Origin: Vitrella brassicaformis CCMP3155
Taxonomy: Eukaryota > Protista > Chromerida
DNA: 64,000 bases
Reading direction: 5' to 3'
Assembly: GCA_001179505.1 (NCBI GenBank)
Contig: CDMY01000227.1
Coordinates: 496,001 to 560,000 of the forward strand
This document shows, in pieces, positions 23,720 through 37,849 of this stretch (its first letter is position 1; every line of letters starts with the position of its first letter). The position numbers were made by a program, and so were the translations under genes. The notes beneath the pieces are model-generated. The model was given only the letters and a program-made list of their open reading frames with translations, searched no databases and was not told the origin of the DNA.

Positions 23720-25911
23720 ATGAAGGAGGCGGCAGCCAGCAAGAGTGCCTCGAGCAAGGCGTCGGCATCGACAGACAATCGCAATGGTACGAACATGGGC
23801 ATCAGCACTCAGGGAATGCTCATCAGTATCCTCTGTGACGCTGTGTGTGAATGCAGTGCGGAAGTGGAGAGTTCCCAATGCGGCAGCCGCAGCCAAGCGG
23901 CCATCTCCATCCGCTGGTAGAGAGCACCCTGACGCCGAAGACCCATCGGCGCCCGATCCATCCCCACCTAATGAGCCGCTTGACGCGTCGACCACTATGG
24001 ACGACCAAGAAGCCGATGGGCAGCGGCAGGCTGGCGCGGCGGCCGAGTCTGCCAGCTCAGCGTCGGCGCTGCTGGACCCGCTGGCATCGTTGAGCGAGGC
24101 TGAGCTGATGGCGATAGTAGAGGAGGCCGAGAGCATGACCATTGATGGGACCTATGAGCGGCAGCCTTACACACACAGCAGTAGGAGGCTGGATGATGGG
24201 GGCGGTGATGGTGTGAGGGTGCGCAGCCAGTCGCTGCCGCAGCGTGTGCAGCAGCAGATACAGGACATTCCCGAGGAGATATTGCTGTCTGCGATATGCG
24301 CCGTCTCGGCCAGGAGGTGTGCACCGCACCTGGCTGACTCGACACACACAGCACAGCGGAAGGGGCAGACAAGGAGGGAGGTGCTGTGCTTGCTCTGTTT
24401 CGGCGGGTGCAGGGAGCGGTACCGCACCAGTGGCGGTGGTGGAGGGCTGGAGCTGATAGTGGAGGAAGACGAATGCATCTCGCCCAGTAAGCCTTGTGGA
24501 GTGGATCACCTCGCTGCCTCCACACCACATCCATCTGTGCGTGTCGACGCCTTTCTGTCTGTTCAGATGGCAACAGTCCTGGCGAAGGCGATGGTGTTGG
24601 AGAGGATGACATGTCCGAGGAGGATGACGGTGACGTGGAGCTGACTGTGGAGGTGGAGGACGGTGAGGACATCGAGGAGGCCCATTGCCACGACGCAGCT
24701 GACGAGATGATGGACGAGGAGGAGGATGGGGAGGCGCTCGAGGACCCCAATGACTTCTCCCTGCGGTCCAAGCTGTGGGTGGAGTCGATATCGAGGCTGC
24801 GCCGGTCGATTGACGAGATATACGCACTGTGTGAGTTCGAGTCGGATGAGGAGTGCGTTGCGCACCTCGTGCAGCTCCTGGGTACCGCCATACACGACTT
24901 CCAGGCACTGCAGGACAGAGTCCGACTACAGGTGCGGGGCGGTCGGTGCGTCACAAACACAGACAGACAGACACGTGCACACGTTGATACGCACTAAACT
25001 TCTCTTCGTCCTTCCTGCTCCCTGCTTTGTGAGTGCCGTTTAGGAGTCGCTGCAGCCGGGGGTCGCCTCTTCACCACCATCGACCTCCACGCGCCAGCGC
25101 ACCGTCGTCAGCCCCACTGGCGCCTCGCAATTTGCCATCCCCCCGCGCATGCGTCAGCTGCTGCCGACAGGCCCCAATGGCGACGCGCCAAATGACCCAC
25201 CCTCAGCGGCCCTGCCACCACCAACAGCCATCGGCGTGGAGCACCCAAACGGCGGTGTGTCTTTGGCCTGGACGAGCCGCCCCATGCCGGCGACACGTGA
25301 GGTGCCCAATCCAGTGGAGCTAGGACCTGCGCTGCACCGGCTGCAGAGCTGCCCCCTCCCTGATAGCCCGAGTGCCCCCGGATCGGTGTCGCCTCCCCGC
25401 CACCCGTCCGGGGCGCCCACCCCACCACGGGCGAGGCAGTCCGGAGGCAAGACCAATGCACACACTGCAGGGGAAGCCGCAGGTGTCGATGACGGCAGTG
25501 GGGGAGGAAAGCCCGCACACGCAGCCGACGACGGTGTGGCCGACGTCGGATTGCCGCCGCCCCCCTCCCTCCCTCTCCGGCCGCAATCGACGGACGACAC
25601 GACTGTTCCGGGCGGTGGGGACGGTAATTTGTTCTCGCCGCGGCCGTCTATCGGGTCGTCGAGCATAGGGTCTGGCGGCGCCACGAGGGACCGGCTGCGG
25701 CGTGTGGTGGCGACGGTCCTCAACGCCCACCGGAAGCTCACGTGCCGTCTCGCATCACCGGAGCACTCACAGGTACCCGCCAACGAGGGAGGGGAGGGGG
25801 ATTCACTCACGCACATGTTGATCATGTATGTGATGTGGTTCAGCGTCCGACTGCACCCGAGCTGAAGCGCCGATACGAGGAGCGACAGGTGGGCCGAGTG
25901 ACTAACCAACA

Positions 25912-25949
<38 letters not shown>

Positions 25950-28900
25950 CACTCATTCATTCATGTGTTCTGTGGCCATCAGAGGAAAGCTGAGGACCTC
26001 AAAGCCTTCGAGGACACACGGCGGGTCGAACCCAGCCGCAAAGTCGCAGAACGAGTCGAGTGAGTGAGCCACGCAGACACTCACCAGCCACACTCACTCT
26101 GCCTTACCATTTGTGTCCACAGGCGAGTGCGTCAGCGTCGCGAGAAGGAGCAGGAGGAGAAGAAGCGAATTCTCATGCAGAAAATGTCACGGTCAGCCGA
26201 TGACAAATAAGTACCTCCCTACCTTTGTTGCATTATGGTGTGTGTGGTGTCATTCATTCACTGCCTTTTTCAGTGCTCGTCGTCAGTATCATTCGGCCAT
26301 CAAGAAGATCAGCAACAGGGCACGGGAGCAGACCGTCAAGCTGGAGGAAATCAACTTCATCAGAAACGAACTGCAGAAAAACGCCGAAGGTATTTACAGT
26401 ACACACCGGCAACGAGAGAAGCATGCTATGGTACAGCCAGCCCTCTTCTCGACTGTCCATATCTATGTCTCTCCGCAGCTTTCCTGGAGCAGCGTCTGAA
26501 GATTGCATCGCACTCGCGCGCCGCACAGCAGAAGCAGATGCAGAAGAAACTCGTGCAGCGGGCCGAACGCATCAGCCGGCGAGCAGTGGGGGGAATATAC
26601 GACATGGCCGTTCGCCGTCGGTCAGTCAGTCATGAATGATGCGTGCGTGTGTCGTTCCTTGTGGTTGCAGAACTCTAGAGCAGCGGCGCACGAATGAGCT
26701 CGAGGCACAGGAGGCCAAGCGGGCGATGCTTGAGGCCAAGGAGAAGCAGGTGAATGAATGAATGACTGATTCACTCACTCACTCACTCACTCATTGACTC
26801 ACTCATTCAGTCACCCGTTTGATTGATGGATTGATTGATTGATTGGCTGATTGGCTGATCGATTGATCGATTGATTGTTTTCTCCGCTCGGTCTGTTTGT
26901 CAGGCTGCTGCGAGGCGTCAGGAGCACCTGGATTCGATAGTGCGCAAGTCCCACGAGGATGACCGGCGTGTGTCGATGGCCCTCCGACGCAAGCGAGACC
27001 TCACCATCAACCCCAACCTCACACGGGTCAACAGACAAACCCTCACAGCACACACACACACATACACACGTGCACTCCGTGTCCCATCATCAATCAGACA
27101 ACGCCGGCAGCCCAGCCAGGAGATGCTGCGGACGATGTTGGTGACGAGGGTGCAGCTGACTCGGACGCCCTGCCCTCTCCCCCTACTGCTGGTGGCTCAT
27201 CCAGGCCTGTCTCATCACAGCAGCAGCAGTCGAGACACACATCCAGAGCGACACATGGTGCCGCCTCGAGCAGGACTTCCCACGGTCCTGCTGCGAGGCA
27301 TCCCCACCCCCCGTCTCTGGGCGATAGTGCATCTCGGTCGCACTCTCAACGACAGCTGGTGACCCCTTTGCCATTCCCACCGTCATCGTCGGGTCGCCAT
27401 GGCCGCGCCAACAGCACCACGCAGACGGGCGAGGGAGGCTACAGGCGACACCATCCCCATCCCAACCATCATCCGTCCCCGCCCATGGTGCTGCCGCCGC
27501 ATCAGCCAATCCATCTGCCGGGCGGGCAGACATCCAGACTCAACCCGTACGCAGCGCCATACATCCCTCAGTACTGTCACCCAGACGCTGGGCCCTCCGG
27601 CTATGGCGCCGCCATCCCACTTATGGGCGCGCCAGGACCATCGCGTTCCTACCCAAGAGGGCCGGCGACAGTGCCGCTCGTCACGGCTCCTCCCCCCCGG
27701 CCGCCCCAGATGCCCGACACCGTGCAGCAAACGACATCTGCATCCCTGCCGTCCTTCGCTGTTAGACACAACGCCGCGACGATGACGGCCAACTACTCGT
27801 CCAGCCCAGCTCTGCAGCACCGACACACCATAGGTGAGGAGGCCCCTCCGCCTTACCACCCTGTCAGACCGCCACCCCGGAAGCAGCCAGCGCACCAGGA
27901 CCGCCGGCTACCCACGGTGCCTGAGCGGCTGTCCCATGCGGAGCCGTCGCCCCCGAAAGTCAGTGCTGGCGGTGAGCTACCCTCACAGCGACAATCCGAG
28001 CCACAGCAAGCACCCTCGCCAAAGCATCATGAGGAGCAAACCGGCGGCACACCGTCATCCGAACGCGTGGCGGTGGCATCACAGGCGGCGGCGGCAAAAC
28101 AACCTGAGGACGAGACAAGGGCTGGCGAATCGCAACAGACGAGCGAGCGGCGACCGGCCAGTGCTGCTTCCCAACCACCAGACCAAGAGATCAAGGAGAC
28201 TGATAGAAGCGAACCATCAGAAGGGAGAGAGAGAGGGGGGGGCGATGCACACCAGACCGCTGAGCAGCTGGCCCCGCAGACGACAGACGAGGCCTCGGCC
28301 TCCGCACCCGCCCCTGCGCCAGCAATGCCGCAGATCGATACAAGTGTCGATGGCGGCGATGGTGGAGCAGGTGGTGACCCAGGCGAAGGCAAGCGCGACT
28401 CTCCGCGGTGGATCTACGTCCCCCCTCGCTCAGGCGGCCGGAGCAAGGGGCGCCACTGGCCGTGGCAGGCGGCAGCGGCTGCCCGGGACGGCAGGACAGA
28501 GGAGGGGCCGACGGAGGGCAAGAGGACTCCAGAGGAGAACAAGAACGGCAACGGGGTCACGGCACCAGCGGCAGCACGAGTGGCAACCAAGAACACCGCG
28601 GCGGGTCGTCGGTCTGTCTTCTCGGCGGAGGTGGCAGACGTCATTGCGCCGCCTCAGAAGGCAGGCAAGCACTCGAAGGCGAGGGACAAGGCCAAGACAA
28701 AAGCAGCCAAGAGCAAGGGATCGACCAATGTGGCATTAGGTGCCGCCGACAAGAAGGATGGAGACGAGCAAGAAGAGCTTGTCAAGCCATCCGAGGCTGC
28801 GGGCAACGGGCAATCCGCAGGCAGCGCCACGCAGCCGATGTCCGCTGCGCCGCTCCCCTGCAATGACGCACCGAGCGTCGCCCCATTGCCCTCCGAAGCT

Positions 28901-31900
28901 GCTGATGGCTCGACGGTAACTCGACGCTGGACTGCCGACGACACCGTCAACGTTGACGGCGATGCACAAGCCGCTCCATCATCCGAAGGGGCGGCAGCGC
29001 AGCAGCCACATCAGCCTGAGGGCCCCCCTCCAGCGGTTGCCACTTCTGCTAGTGCCAAGCCCAAGGGCGCTCCTGTGGGCCACAAGAACAAGCGCAAGGA
29101 GAAGCTCAAGCGGCAGAAGGCCGCACAGGCCGCCAAGAAGCAGCAAGAGAGCCAGGCGGCCACAGCTGCGGCCGGGGGCGAGCTGGAGGGGGCGCCTCCA
29201 GCCTCCAGCGCGGCCAGTGGAGCGAGACAAGAGGACGAGAAGAAGGCTGACGGCAGTCCTGTAGGCTCTTCCAAGTCGGCAGCGTCGGCAGCCCAGGCCA
29301 GCCATGAGACCCCTGCCGCGAATGAGCAGAGACCGGAAGTTGCGCCTTCTTCTGCTGCAGCAGCAGCACCAGCTGCTTCTGCATCGACATCGGACGCGGC
29401 TGCTGCGGGAGAGGGACATCCGAAGGAGAGTGGTAAGTATGAAAAACGTGGTTTTGATGGATGCAAATGTGCACTTGTTTCAGACAACAAGCCCTCTCCT
29501 CGGACAGACGCTGCGCAGGCTAACGGCACGAAGCAGCTGGTACAACCAACACGCACACGACGCATTGAAAGATAAGGGGCGAAGCTGGATGATCGACATT
29601 CGTTCTGTACAGGTCTCCCTCGTCAAGAAGATTCCCTCAGAGGCCAGGCCGCTCACCGTATCCCGTGGCTCCACTCCCGGGGCGACCAACCTGCCGGCAT
29701 CTGAGGGCTCGGACACCAACGCCGACCACCCCAACCGCAGAATCACAGCCCCGCGCGTCGGCGCACTCGGCAAGCCTCCCCGCGTACCCCCGGAGTCCCG
29801 CAAGCCGACGGATGACGCCGTGCATTCAGTGCGTGCCTCGCGCAAGATGGTGGAGTTCACAAACTCCGATCCCGAGATGCCCCCGTGGGACTCATCGACG
29901 ACCATCAAGGAGATGCCCCGTCCCTCACGAGACCGCGACGACCCATCAGCCTGCGCCACAGCGGCCGCCACCGGGTCGACCTCTGTGACGCCCGGCAGCA
30001 CCGGCAGCCAGCCGATGCGGTACTGGAAGCTGCAGCGCAACCGCGCTCTCGGGCGGGGCGGAAGGCTGCAAGAGGGCGGGCGAGAGAAGCGTGACAAGAC
30101 GGGTGCAACTGAGTCGGACCGGGCTGCCACTGACCCGGGGGGCAACTCTCGGATGGTGGATCGCAGGACCAGTGGGACGTCGGCCATCTCTCGCGGTGCC
30201 GGGGATGACAGGACTGAGGACGAGGTGGCGTCGCAGGATGCGACGGGCAACCTCCTCACGTTTGACCCGTCGAGCAGCCTCCAGGACTGGGACTCGCAGC
30301 AGGCGGCGAGAGAGGTGTGGCCCCCAGCACCCGTGCAGTGTGCTTTCGAGTGTGCCCACGAGCTCAGAAGACGGCTGGAGGCGACCCACACTGACGGCGA
30401 GGGTGTTTCATCGGTCGCATCTGCCTTGCTGGGTGATGACGAGTGTTTGAAGCTGACGGGGCTTGACAAAGGTCCTGGCGCCGCCAACACGACGCGCATC
30501 ACCAAGCTAGTGACGGACCTGCGGGCGCAGGTCCAGGGGGAGGGGGATGGAGAGGCCATACTCGACGCTGACAAGATGGAAAACACACTCAAAGACCTCT
30601 GGAAGGTCAGGCAGGCCAGAAAAGAAAGAGACAGACCCTGCTGGTCTGGCTGGGTGTCTCATGTTGTGTGTGGATGTGTTCAGGTGCTTGAGCCAGGTCG
30701 CGAGGGCGATGTGCAGCTGTTTCTGCAGCAGAGTGGCCTGACCATCCTGTGCGCACTTGCGGTGCGGTTGCGGCCGAGTGTAGCTGCGTCGTCGGGCATG
30801 TCGCCCATGATAGTTGTCCATCTCAGCCAGTAAGCACTACGCACGCGGGACGCCTTGAGCACACGGAACTCTGATGCTCTCTTCTCTGTCTGTCTGTCTG
30901 ATCAGGCATTTGGCGAAGCTGCTCCACACGCTGATGGCCAACAAGCAGATCGGCAAGTTCTGCCGTGCTGTGTGTCTGCTGACCGGACGACTCTTCCCCT
31001 TCATCGATTGGGCCCTAGAGCTGCTTCCCGGACGGCCATTGAGCACTCTCCCACCTGCTGACGGCCCTCGTGCGGCAGCCAAGACACCCGTGAGGCCACC
31101 GTCACCGAGGACACCCGGGACCGCTGCTGACGGACAGAACAGCAGTGCGGCCGTCGACCCCTCGGCGTCACAGCTGCCTTCACACGCCAGAGGCAGCAGT
31201 GACGGAGGGCCGACGGGCCAGCCAGCCGGCGACCCCTCGGCCGTCAGGACGGAAGACAAGCCAGAGCCGCCCGTCACGGCAAACGGTGTGTCATCGTCAG
31301 TGCCGCCGATATTGCCGTCCCCGTCGCCCTTCCCGTCGCTTGCAGCGATCGGCCCGGTGCTGTCGCAGTTGCTGCAGATCCTGGCGATTGTGCTGAAGCA
31401 GAAGGTGCCCGACTTCCTGCTGCGGCTGCCAGATGACGAGGTGAATCCCGTCGTCGAGCGGTTCGAGGGCCTCAGGCAGGCCTTCATCGGCTATATATTG
31501 TGCTGCGGGCTGCCGGTGCGACTGCGAGAGCACTTCGCCCTCGTCCGTGGCCCACTGGAGGCTCAGGCACAGTCACAGTCGCCCCTGCCGCAGTTCCTGA
31601 AGAGCAGCGGGCAGCTGCTCAAGATACTCACCGGCATGACAGACCTGTGCAGGTTAGTCGAGAGCCGAGCCTACCACACCTGTACGTGTACATCTGCTGA
31701 GGACGTGTGTGTTGTGTTGATCCAGGGACGAGAACTTGTTGATGCACCAGTGCCTGCCCTCAGCTGAGGCTGTGACCAGCTCACCGTCGGACGTGCGGCA
31801 GGTCCCTGCCCGTCTGTCCACTCGTGAGAGCACGACCGACACCGTGACGGCCGTGAGGAGCCAGGCCAGCGGGGCTGATGTCGAGCAGGCTGCTCCTGTT

Positions 31901-33141
31901 GCCGGCGATGGGAAGGGCTGCATGGTGGACGGCTTTGAGGGGTTGATCCCGTCAGGTCTGCATGAGGCGGTCTGTGGCATCCTGCAGTACACAAGGGTTT
32001 TCGGGCTGCTGCCTCTACTGGTGAGGTGAATCAACCAACTGTGGCAGAAGGGTCGCTTATCACTGTGTGTGGGGGTGGGTGGTTTGGTCGATCAGGCATC
32101 TCTGTTGTTGTCTGATGGTCCGCCGCGCATGAGCCCGCCCCCTCGGCTGCAGGCGCAGCTGCTGCAGTTGTGCATACTGTCCACCCAGACACTCAACCAC
32201 TCTGCCAGGATTGGCCTTCCCGCTGTACAGGTCATAGCAACATACACATTTCAAGCAAGCAACCTGTCAGACTGTGTATGTATGTATGTGTAATGGTGAT
32301 GGTGGTTGTTGACAACGTCAGGGTGCTGTGCACGGCAGCCGGAAGGTGTTCTACCATGTCACTCACTTCCTCCTCGAGTACTGCAACTCCAAACTGGATA
32401 GTAAAGCAGAATCGGCAGAGGTCTGCAGGTGAGCCTGCTCGTCAGAAAGGAATGACTAGAGGCAGTCCCACCGCCACACATGTGCAACCAACACACGACC
32501 CGACTCTCACTCCCTTGTCTGTCCATCAATGCAGGGATTTGCTGCACGAGACGATTCATCTGATTGGCTTCGCCTGTCTCCTGCACCCCGACAACCGGGC
32601 ACTCGTCAGTATCGGAGGCGAAAAGGTGAGGGAGAGGCGCGGAGGTCCAAATCAATCAATCTGCCGCAGTGATCTTTCCTGCCCCGTTGTGCGTGCATGT
32701 GTGCGTCAGAGTCTGCTGAAGATCCTGGCGGCCCTGCCTTTTCACTACTTCGTTGAGCCCCTCAACCAGGTGAGCGGGCAACACAGTAAGAGCACCTGAG
32801 TCGGCCACCTAATTCGTTCGGTTGTCCAGGTATTGTTCCCGACGTTGCTGTCGATCTGCTACGCGTCGCCCTCCAACCTCGAGATCCTCAAGGACGACGC
32901 CAACATCATTCCCATATGCAACTTCCTCAGAGACGCTATCCGAAGGGGTCCACACACAGACGAGCAGTGTGGGGTTAACGGCAGCAACGGGGGCGGTGGT
33001 GACGATGGGCAAGGAGGGCTGGGTATGGTGTCCCTTGGCCCCTCGCTGCGGCTGTCGCGTGAGGCGGCCGCCGATGCCCTGGCTTTCTTCGAAGAGCCAG
33101 ACAGGCAGCACATGACCCCGGCGGACGAGAGCGCTGCCTAG
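23720..33141 (+). CDS. SCAPER: SCAPER-like protein (S-phase cyclin A-associated protein in the ER)
   Basis: LWVESISRLRRSIDEIYALCEFESDEECVAHLVQLLGTAIHDFQALQDRVRLQ (~24770-24930) resembles the SCAPER_N domain as I recall it. It is followed by SLAW, a coiled coil (~25850-27000) and a SCAPER-like C-terminus (LLKILAALPFHYFVEP..VLFPTLLSICY..NLEIL). About 20 exons. Confidence 0.8.
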
Positions 33142-33726
33142 CTAGCATCGACGGCTGGCTGCAGTGCATGTGCTCGCCACTCGTCCGTCGGGTGAGTAGC
33201 GAACAGATAGAGCCATAGTGTACCGTAGGTGTCTAATCAGGCTCAGCGCGGCCGGCCTCATGTGAGCATTCACGACCAATTGTTCACGACCTTGCCTTTT
33301 CCTCTTCCTGCTTTTTCTTTGTTGTTATTCTTGTTGTGTAAATGACTTCGCTTGTCGATGGATAGACTCTTCCCCAGTGGATGCCAGATCTCGTCAAATC
33401 GATGCCTTGATCGATGCTGCGCGCTTAGCCGGAAGGCGCAATCGCCTCCCAAGCCTCCCCGCGCTGCGGCGAGGAGCGGCGAGCCTTCCATCCCTAGCCG
33501 TCCGTCCTCATGACATTCACGAGCCCCCACTCCAAAACCTCCTCTTTTCTTCCGAAGGCCCATCGTAGCTTCATCGTCCCATAATCCCGCCCTCCTCTTC
33601 ATCCTTCATTGAACGTCATCACTCACGCACTCTTCTCACTCACCGCCAATTCACCCACCGGACCGCTCCGTCCGCTGAGTCAGGCCATTCCTCGTCGTGA
33701 AGGACGCGGAGGGTTCTCATTTCTGG

Positions 33727-36700
33727 ATGGTGTTTGGAAGCTTTGTCTGTGCCGCACTATGGGTCCTCGGGTGAGCAGGAAGAAAGAAAGCGAGACAAAA
33801 TCGTAGACAGAGGGACGCCTAGCTGCCCTTTGCAGTGAGGCTGTGGGTGAACAGTCTGTGTCTGACGCTGTTGTGTGTCCCTGGCAGGTTGTCCACGGGT
33901 CATTGGCAGGGGGTGGAGGTGAGCGTCATCGACCCCCAGACACTCCAGATCAACCCGCCACTCAGTGTAATGAGTCTCTCCTCCACTTCTGGGAAACTCA
34001 TTGTGAGAGACGGCGAGTGTCTTTGCGTGCGTGATGCATTGCAGGTGACTTTGTCTCTGTCTGAGGTGTACATATCTGCGGCGCCCAAGATGGTCACCGC
34101 CTACAGCACCTGGGGCAACGTGCGCCGGGACATCACACTGAGACTATGCAACTCCAGGAAGGGATGCACCCTGCAGGCCATACACAAGGTACATACCATA
34201 AAGACGGTAACGAGGATGTCGCAGGGATGCACGTGTTTGACAAACGCATGTATCATTCAGAAGCACTGCACACCCTCCAGCCTTCCTGAGAGCCCGATTG
34301 TTAGCTGCCGCCTTCTCCAGCGCACCCTGGCGCTCTCATGGGTCGTCGCGTACGCTCTTCTTGGGGCCATCTGTGCCACTCTCCTGGCTGCCGTGCTCCT
34401 GATGCTGCCTCTCGACTGTATCAAGGCCGACATGCGTCAGACTGGCGAGAGGGGCTGCTCCTACCAGACACTGCATATGACCATCTTCACTCTCTATACG
34501 GGTTGGCAGCACTCACAGACGGACCGGCGCATTCTTTCTCGAGATCAATGATGTCCCTGCCGTCTGTTGGTGTGTGTATGGCTGTGTGCAGCTTCATCCG
34601 TGTGTTCGTTGACGGCTCTGGCGCTGTACGGGCAGACATCGAGCCTGTGGGAACTCATCAACTTCCACCTCATCGACCCACAACGCCTCCTCATCCCAAT
34701 CGGCCTCGTCCAAGCCACACTCTTCGACTGGTCTGTCCTCGGCCCCTCATTCTTCCTGTGCTCCCTCACCTCCCTCGGCAGCACACTGCTGCCAATCATC
34801 CTCCACCGCATCACAGAGGAGACGGGCGGCGCACACAACACGTCCCCCCACAATGAGGAGGCCCAGCTGCCGCAGGGGGGAATGGGTGTGCCGGGTGATG
34901 ATGCGGATCCGGATGAGTCCTTCTCGGCCATCACGCGGGCGGTGGAGAGCGACACGTGCATATGGCGGCAGGGACGGGGGGAGAGGGGCGGCGGCGATGA
35001 GGGGACGGTGTCCATTACCTCGCCTTTGCTGGGCGGCACTGATGAGTCGAGGGGCATGTTCTCGGTGTCCAAGTGGCACGGCTGGACCACATACGTTTTC
35101 GGCATTGTCACGCTTCTGGTGTGTGTCGGAGGTCGGTGAGCTGGTCAAAGCACACACACCACACAGCACAGCACCAACAGCCAGACCGTTGGATGGATGG
35201 ATGATACGGATTGGATTGATCAACTAACTGCATTTTTGCGTCTCTCTTCGCAGCGTCTGTCGTCTTCCTGCTCAAGACGGTGGAGAACACATGCGCCAAG
35301 CGAACATGTAAGCCACGCAGCCCATCTGACATTGCCCTGTCATGTCCAGGGCATGCTCTTCCTTCCGTGTCTCTTGCTGCATTCATTATATCAGGCCTGA
35401 CCAACTCAGCCGACTGGACACTCTGGCAGAAAATCGCCACATACGTAAGACGCGCAGCCACACCGCAGGACGCAGTATATATGGATGTCTGTCCTTTCGC
35501 TGCTGTTGCTATCGATCGTTTGATCGTCAGGGAACGATTCTGTCGATGGACCCGCTGATCCCCGTGTTTGTCCAGGTGTTTGTGGGCATGTTCTGGCCCT
35601 ACGGACTGGTAGAGGAGCTGCAATTTGACCCCGACAGGATCAAGAACAGACTCTTCGCCTTCAGAGTCGTCACCAGAGGTGAATACGCGGCACAGCACAG
35701 CACAGCACAGCACACACCACATACATATACCCATACCAATCATAGCTGGGTGGCTGGGTGGGCTGGTTGCGCAGGCAACGATCCGGTGCTGATCAACGAG
35801 ACCCTTCGCAAGAACACGTCCCTGCTGCTGTGCCACCCCGACCTGCAGTGGATAGTGGAGGCGGTCACACAGAGACAGCTGGGCCTGGCCCTGCAGACGG
35901 GCGTGCGCCCTGAGGCCGTCGACAGGATATACGAGATATACGTCCCCGAAGACTACAGGACGCCCAGAGGTACACAGCGGCATGGGAGACGTGCCTGCAC
36001 GTCACGCGGGGTGCAGCACTGTGTGTGCTGTGTGGTGTCAGGTACGCTGTACAAGGCGCGTAACCTTCAGTATGCGTTGGAGGGTCGGCACAGTGTGCTC
36101 AACAATGACGACTTCATCATCCACCTGGACGAGGAGACCCTGCTCGACCACAGCTCCATCCTCGGCATCAAGGCCTTCTTCGCGCAATACCCCGACCGAA
36201 TCGGAAGTGGTACAGCCGCGCACACACACGCACGCACGCAGAGAGACACAGGATGTGTGCATGTGTCATCCACCATCTGTTTATCGTTGCCACGACACGA
36301 CAGGTCGCATAGTGTATGGCCATGGTCCGGTGGTCAACCTCCTCACCACTTGCATCGACTCCGTCCGCTTATCAGAGGACCACTGCAGGTCCGGCCGGAT
36401 GCACTGCACCCACATACACACATACATACATATGCACACCACAGTATGCACTACACGACGACTACACTGCCGCTCTCTCTCCCTGTCTGTCTGTCTGTTT
36501 GTCTGTCTGTCTCTGTGTGTGTCGATGCTATGCTGTGTGTGTATGCAGGACCCGTTTCTGGCAGAGTTTGGGGTTGCCGTCTCAGGGGCTGAAGGGGTCC
36601 TTCTTCGCCGTCCGCAAGGGCGTGGAGGAGCATGTCACCTTCGATGTCGGCGCTGCTGTCTCCATATGCGAAGGTCGGTCGGTCGATGCCTGCCCCTCAC

Positions 36701-37849
36701 CTCACCCCACCCCACCCCACCCACAGAGACACCACACTCACTTGAAAAGACTGCCTGCGTCTGTGCCTGTGTTGTCATGACGTTGGTTGGTGTGTCCAGA
36801 TGCGTATTTCGGTCTGAAGGCGCAGATGTTGGGTTACAAATTCGGGTGGATTCGCGGCACGATGAGGGAGTTCTCCCCATTCACCTTCATGGACCTCGCC
36901 AAGCAGAGACGGAGGTGGGCAGATGACTGTGTACTCATCCCATCCGCCCTTCCGTCCGTCCGTCCGGCTGCCAATGTGTTCGTGCATTCATTCATGTGTA
37001 TTGTATGTACTGATATGCGCAGATGGATTCAGGGTCACTGGAAGATCATCTGGAGTTCCGAGCTGTCGTGGGGCGTGCGGTGGCCGCTCCTCCTGGCCTT
37101 CCTCATCTGGTCCTCCGTGCCATTCACCGCATTCTTGTGCACCATTTTCAAACTCGCGTGCGCATACAAACAAACCATTAAGAAACAAAAAGGCCTGTCA
37201 ACGCACCTATCTCTGACGCAACCCCACCTATGGCTCTCAGGGGTCGAGGCAGCCAGAGCGACACGGTGCCGTATAGCCCCGCTTTGCTGTGGATAGCCGG
37301 TCTGTCCTACGGCGCCTCCATGGCTTGCTACTTCTTCGGATCGTGCCAAAACTTCTCGATTCGATCCAGGTACTGGCTGAGGCAGGCAGCCATGAAAGAA
37401 GCCACGCGATCGCTGAAGCTGGGCCTTTTTTGTGTGTGTCTCCTGCCATCCGTTCGTCTGTCTGTCAGGGGTCTGTTTGTGTATCTGGTGTTGGTGCTTG
37501 GGACGACCATCGGGCTGCCTTTGGTGACCTTCTGGGAGTCCTTCGTCATGCTCTACAGCCTCGCCACAAGGGACAAAGGCTTCCATGTCGTCCAGAAGAC
37601 ACTCCAAAGTCATTTCTTGATACGCTTTCCCCCTTCGGTAGCACACATCTATGTGTGTGACTTGTGTGCAGATGGTGCCCAGCCGCCGCCCTCACAGAGG
37701 ACGCCCAAGGATGAAGATGACCCCACAGCAGCACTTACAAAGGGTGAGAGGGACGAAAAGCAGAGACACGAATCGAAGCACCCCACATGTGCTTTGCAGC
37801 CTCCACTTGTGCATCCGACGAGACGCAGCCGCAGAGAGGTGGCTCATGA
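33727..37849 (+). CDS. egh: Egghead/BRE-3-like beta-1,4-mannosyltransferase (GT2) with an extended multi-TM N-terminal region; the 5' part may be a separate gene
   Basis: FRVVTR|GNDP..YVPEDYRTPR|GTLYKARNLQYALE..DDFIIHLDEET..VNLLTTCIDSVR..KGSFF..VTFD..ICE|DAYF..EFSPFTFMDLAKQRRRW|IQG matches egghead-family motifs (DxE, ED, QRxRW). C-terminal TM helices are present. The 5' boundary is uncertain. Confidence 0.85.
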
